DNA of 64,000 nucleotides from Candidatus Eiseniibacteriota bacterium (GTDB lineage Bacteria; Eisenbacteria; RBG-16-71-46): NCBI GenBank assembly GCA_963717505.1, contig OY970342.1, positions 3,872,001 to 3,936,000 of the forward strand, read 5' to 3'. Shown piece by piece: positions 63,782 to 64,000 of this stretch (position 1 is its first letter; each line of letters starts with the position of its first letter). The notes under the pieces were generated by a model. It saw only the letters and a program-made list of their open reading frames with translations, ran no database searches and was not told where the DNA came from. The position numbers and the translations under genes were made by a program.

Positions 63782-64000
63782 CGTACGAGGAACTCTTCGA
63801 GCATCCGGTGCGCCGGCTCGAGGTTGCCGATCGGGCAGTATTCGTTCGCCTGGTGCGCTTGCTCGGGAACGCCGGGGCCGAAATTGAACGCTGGAATCCC
63901 GGCCGTGGTGAAGCGCGCGACGTCGGTCCAGCCCTGCTTGCCGGCGATCGGGAGTCCGAAGCGCTCGACGAATTCGCGCACCGCGGGTGCGTCCAGGCAC
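63778..64000 (-). CDS. dapE: Succinyl-diaminopimelate desuccinylase, C-terminal part
   Basis: KQGWTDVARF...IPAFNFGPG...AHQANE (M20 C-terminus) in the dap operon. Confidence 0.85.
   Translation of the reverse strand, partial: CLDAPAVREFVERFGLPIAGKQGWTDVARFTTAGIPAFNFGPGVPEQAHQANEYCPIGNLEPAHRMLEEFLVR

Overview
A GC-rich, diderm bacterial chromosome segment, mostly core genes on the minus strand. An FCB-related lineage such as Ca. Eisenbacteria is suggested by gene order and a T9SS-like C-terminal domain; this is inference only. Left to right: hprK-hpf-rpoN-lptB-lptC-kdsD-kdsC-kdsA-pyrG-kdsB-mdh-rpmA-rplU; an Rne/Rng nuclease and a radical SAM fusion; a plus-strand TonB receptor/ECF sigma/anti-sigma cluster; a uvrA-paralogue/papain-like membrane protein/rtcB operon; an unannotated 22-aa Lys-rich peptide behind a sigma54-type promoter; a PAS kinase/NtrC pair; ppiD, tatA, the pan/fol genes, a two-permease RND pump, a class III aminotransferase and dapD/dapC/dapE. 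Two blocks (~1-10600 and ~41200-47000) are full of indels that look like long-read errors. The most interesting part is a ~12-kb, visibly lower-GC insert (~49670-61715) between dapD and the aminotransferase. It carries a teneurin-like RHS/YD protein with an overlapping immunity-like gene, and a short FimB/FimE-type tyrosine recombinase coupled to a Cys-rich Ig-repeat lipoprotein. Upstream of the recombinase is a 157-bp segment bounded by two 11-6-11 sites with inverted cores, lying between a near-consensus sigma70 promoter and the recombinase. This is a candidate self-regulating DNA inversion switch. The same arm octamer also marks both ends of the insert. No rRNA, tRNA or CRISPR array was seen.
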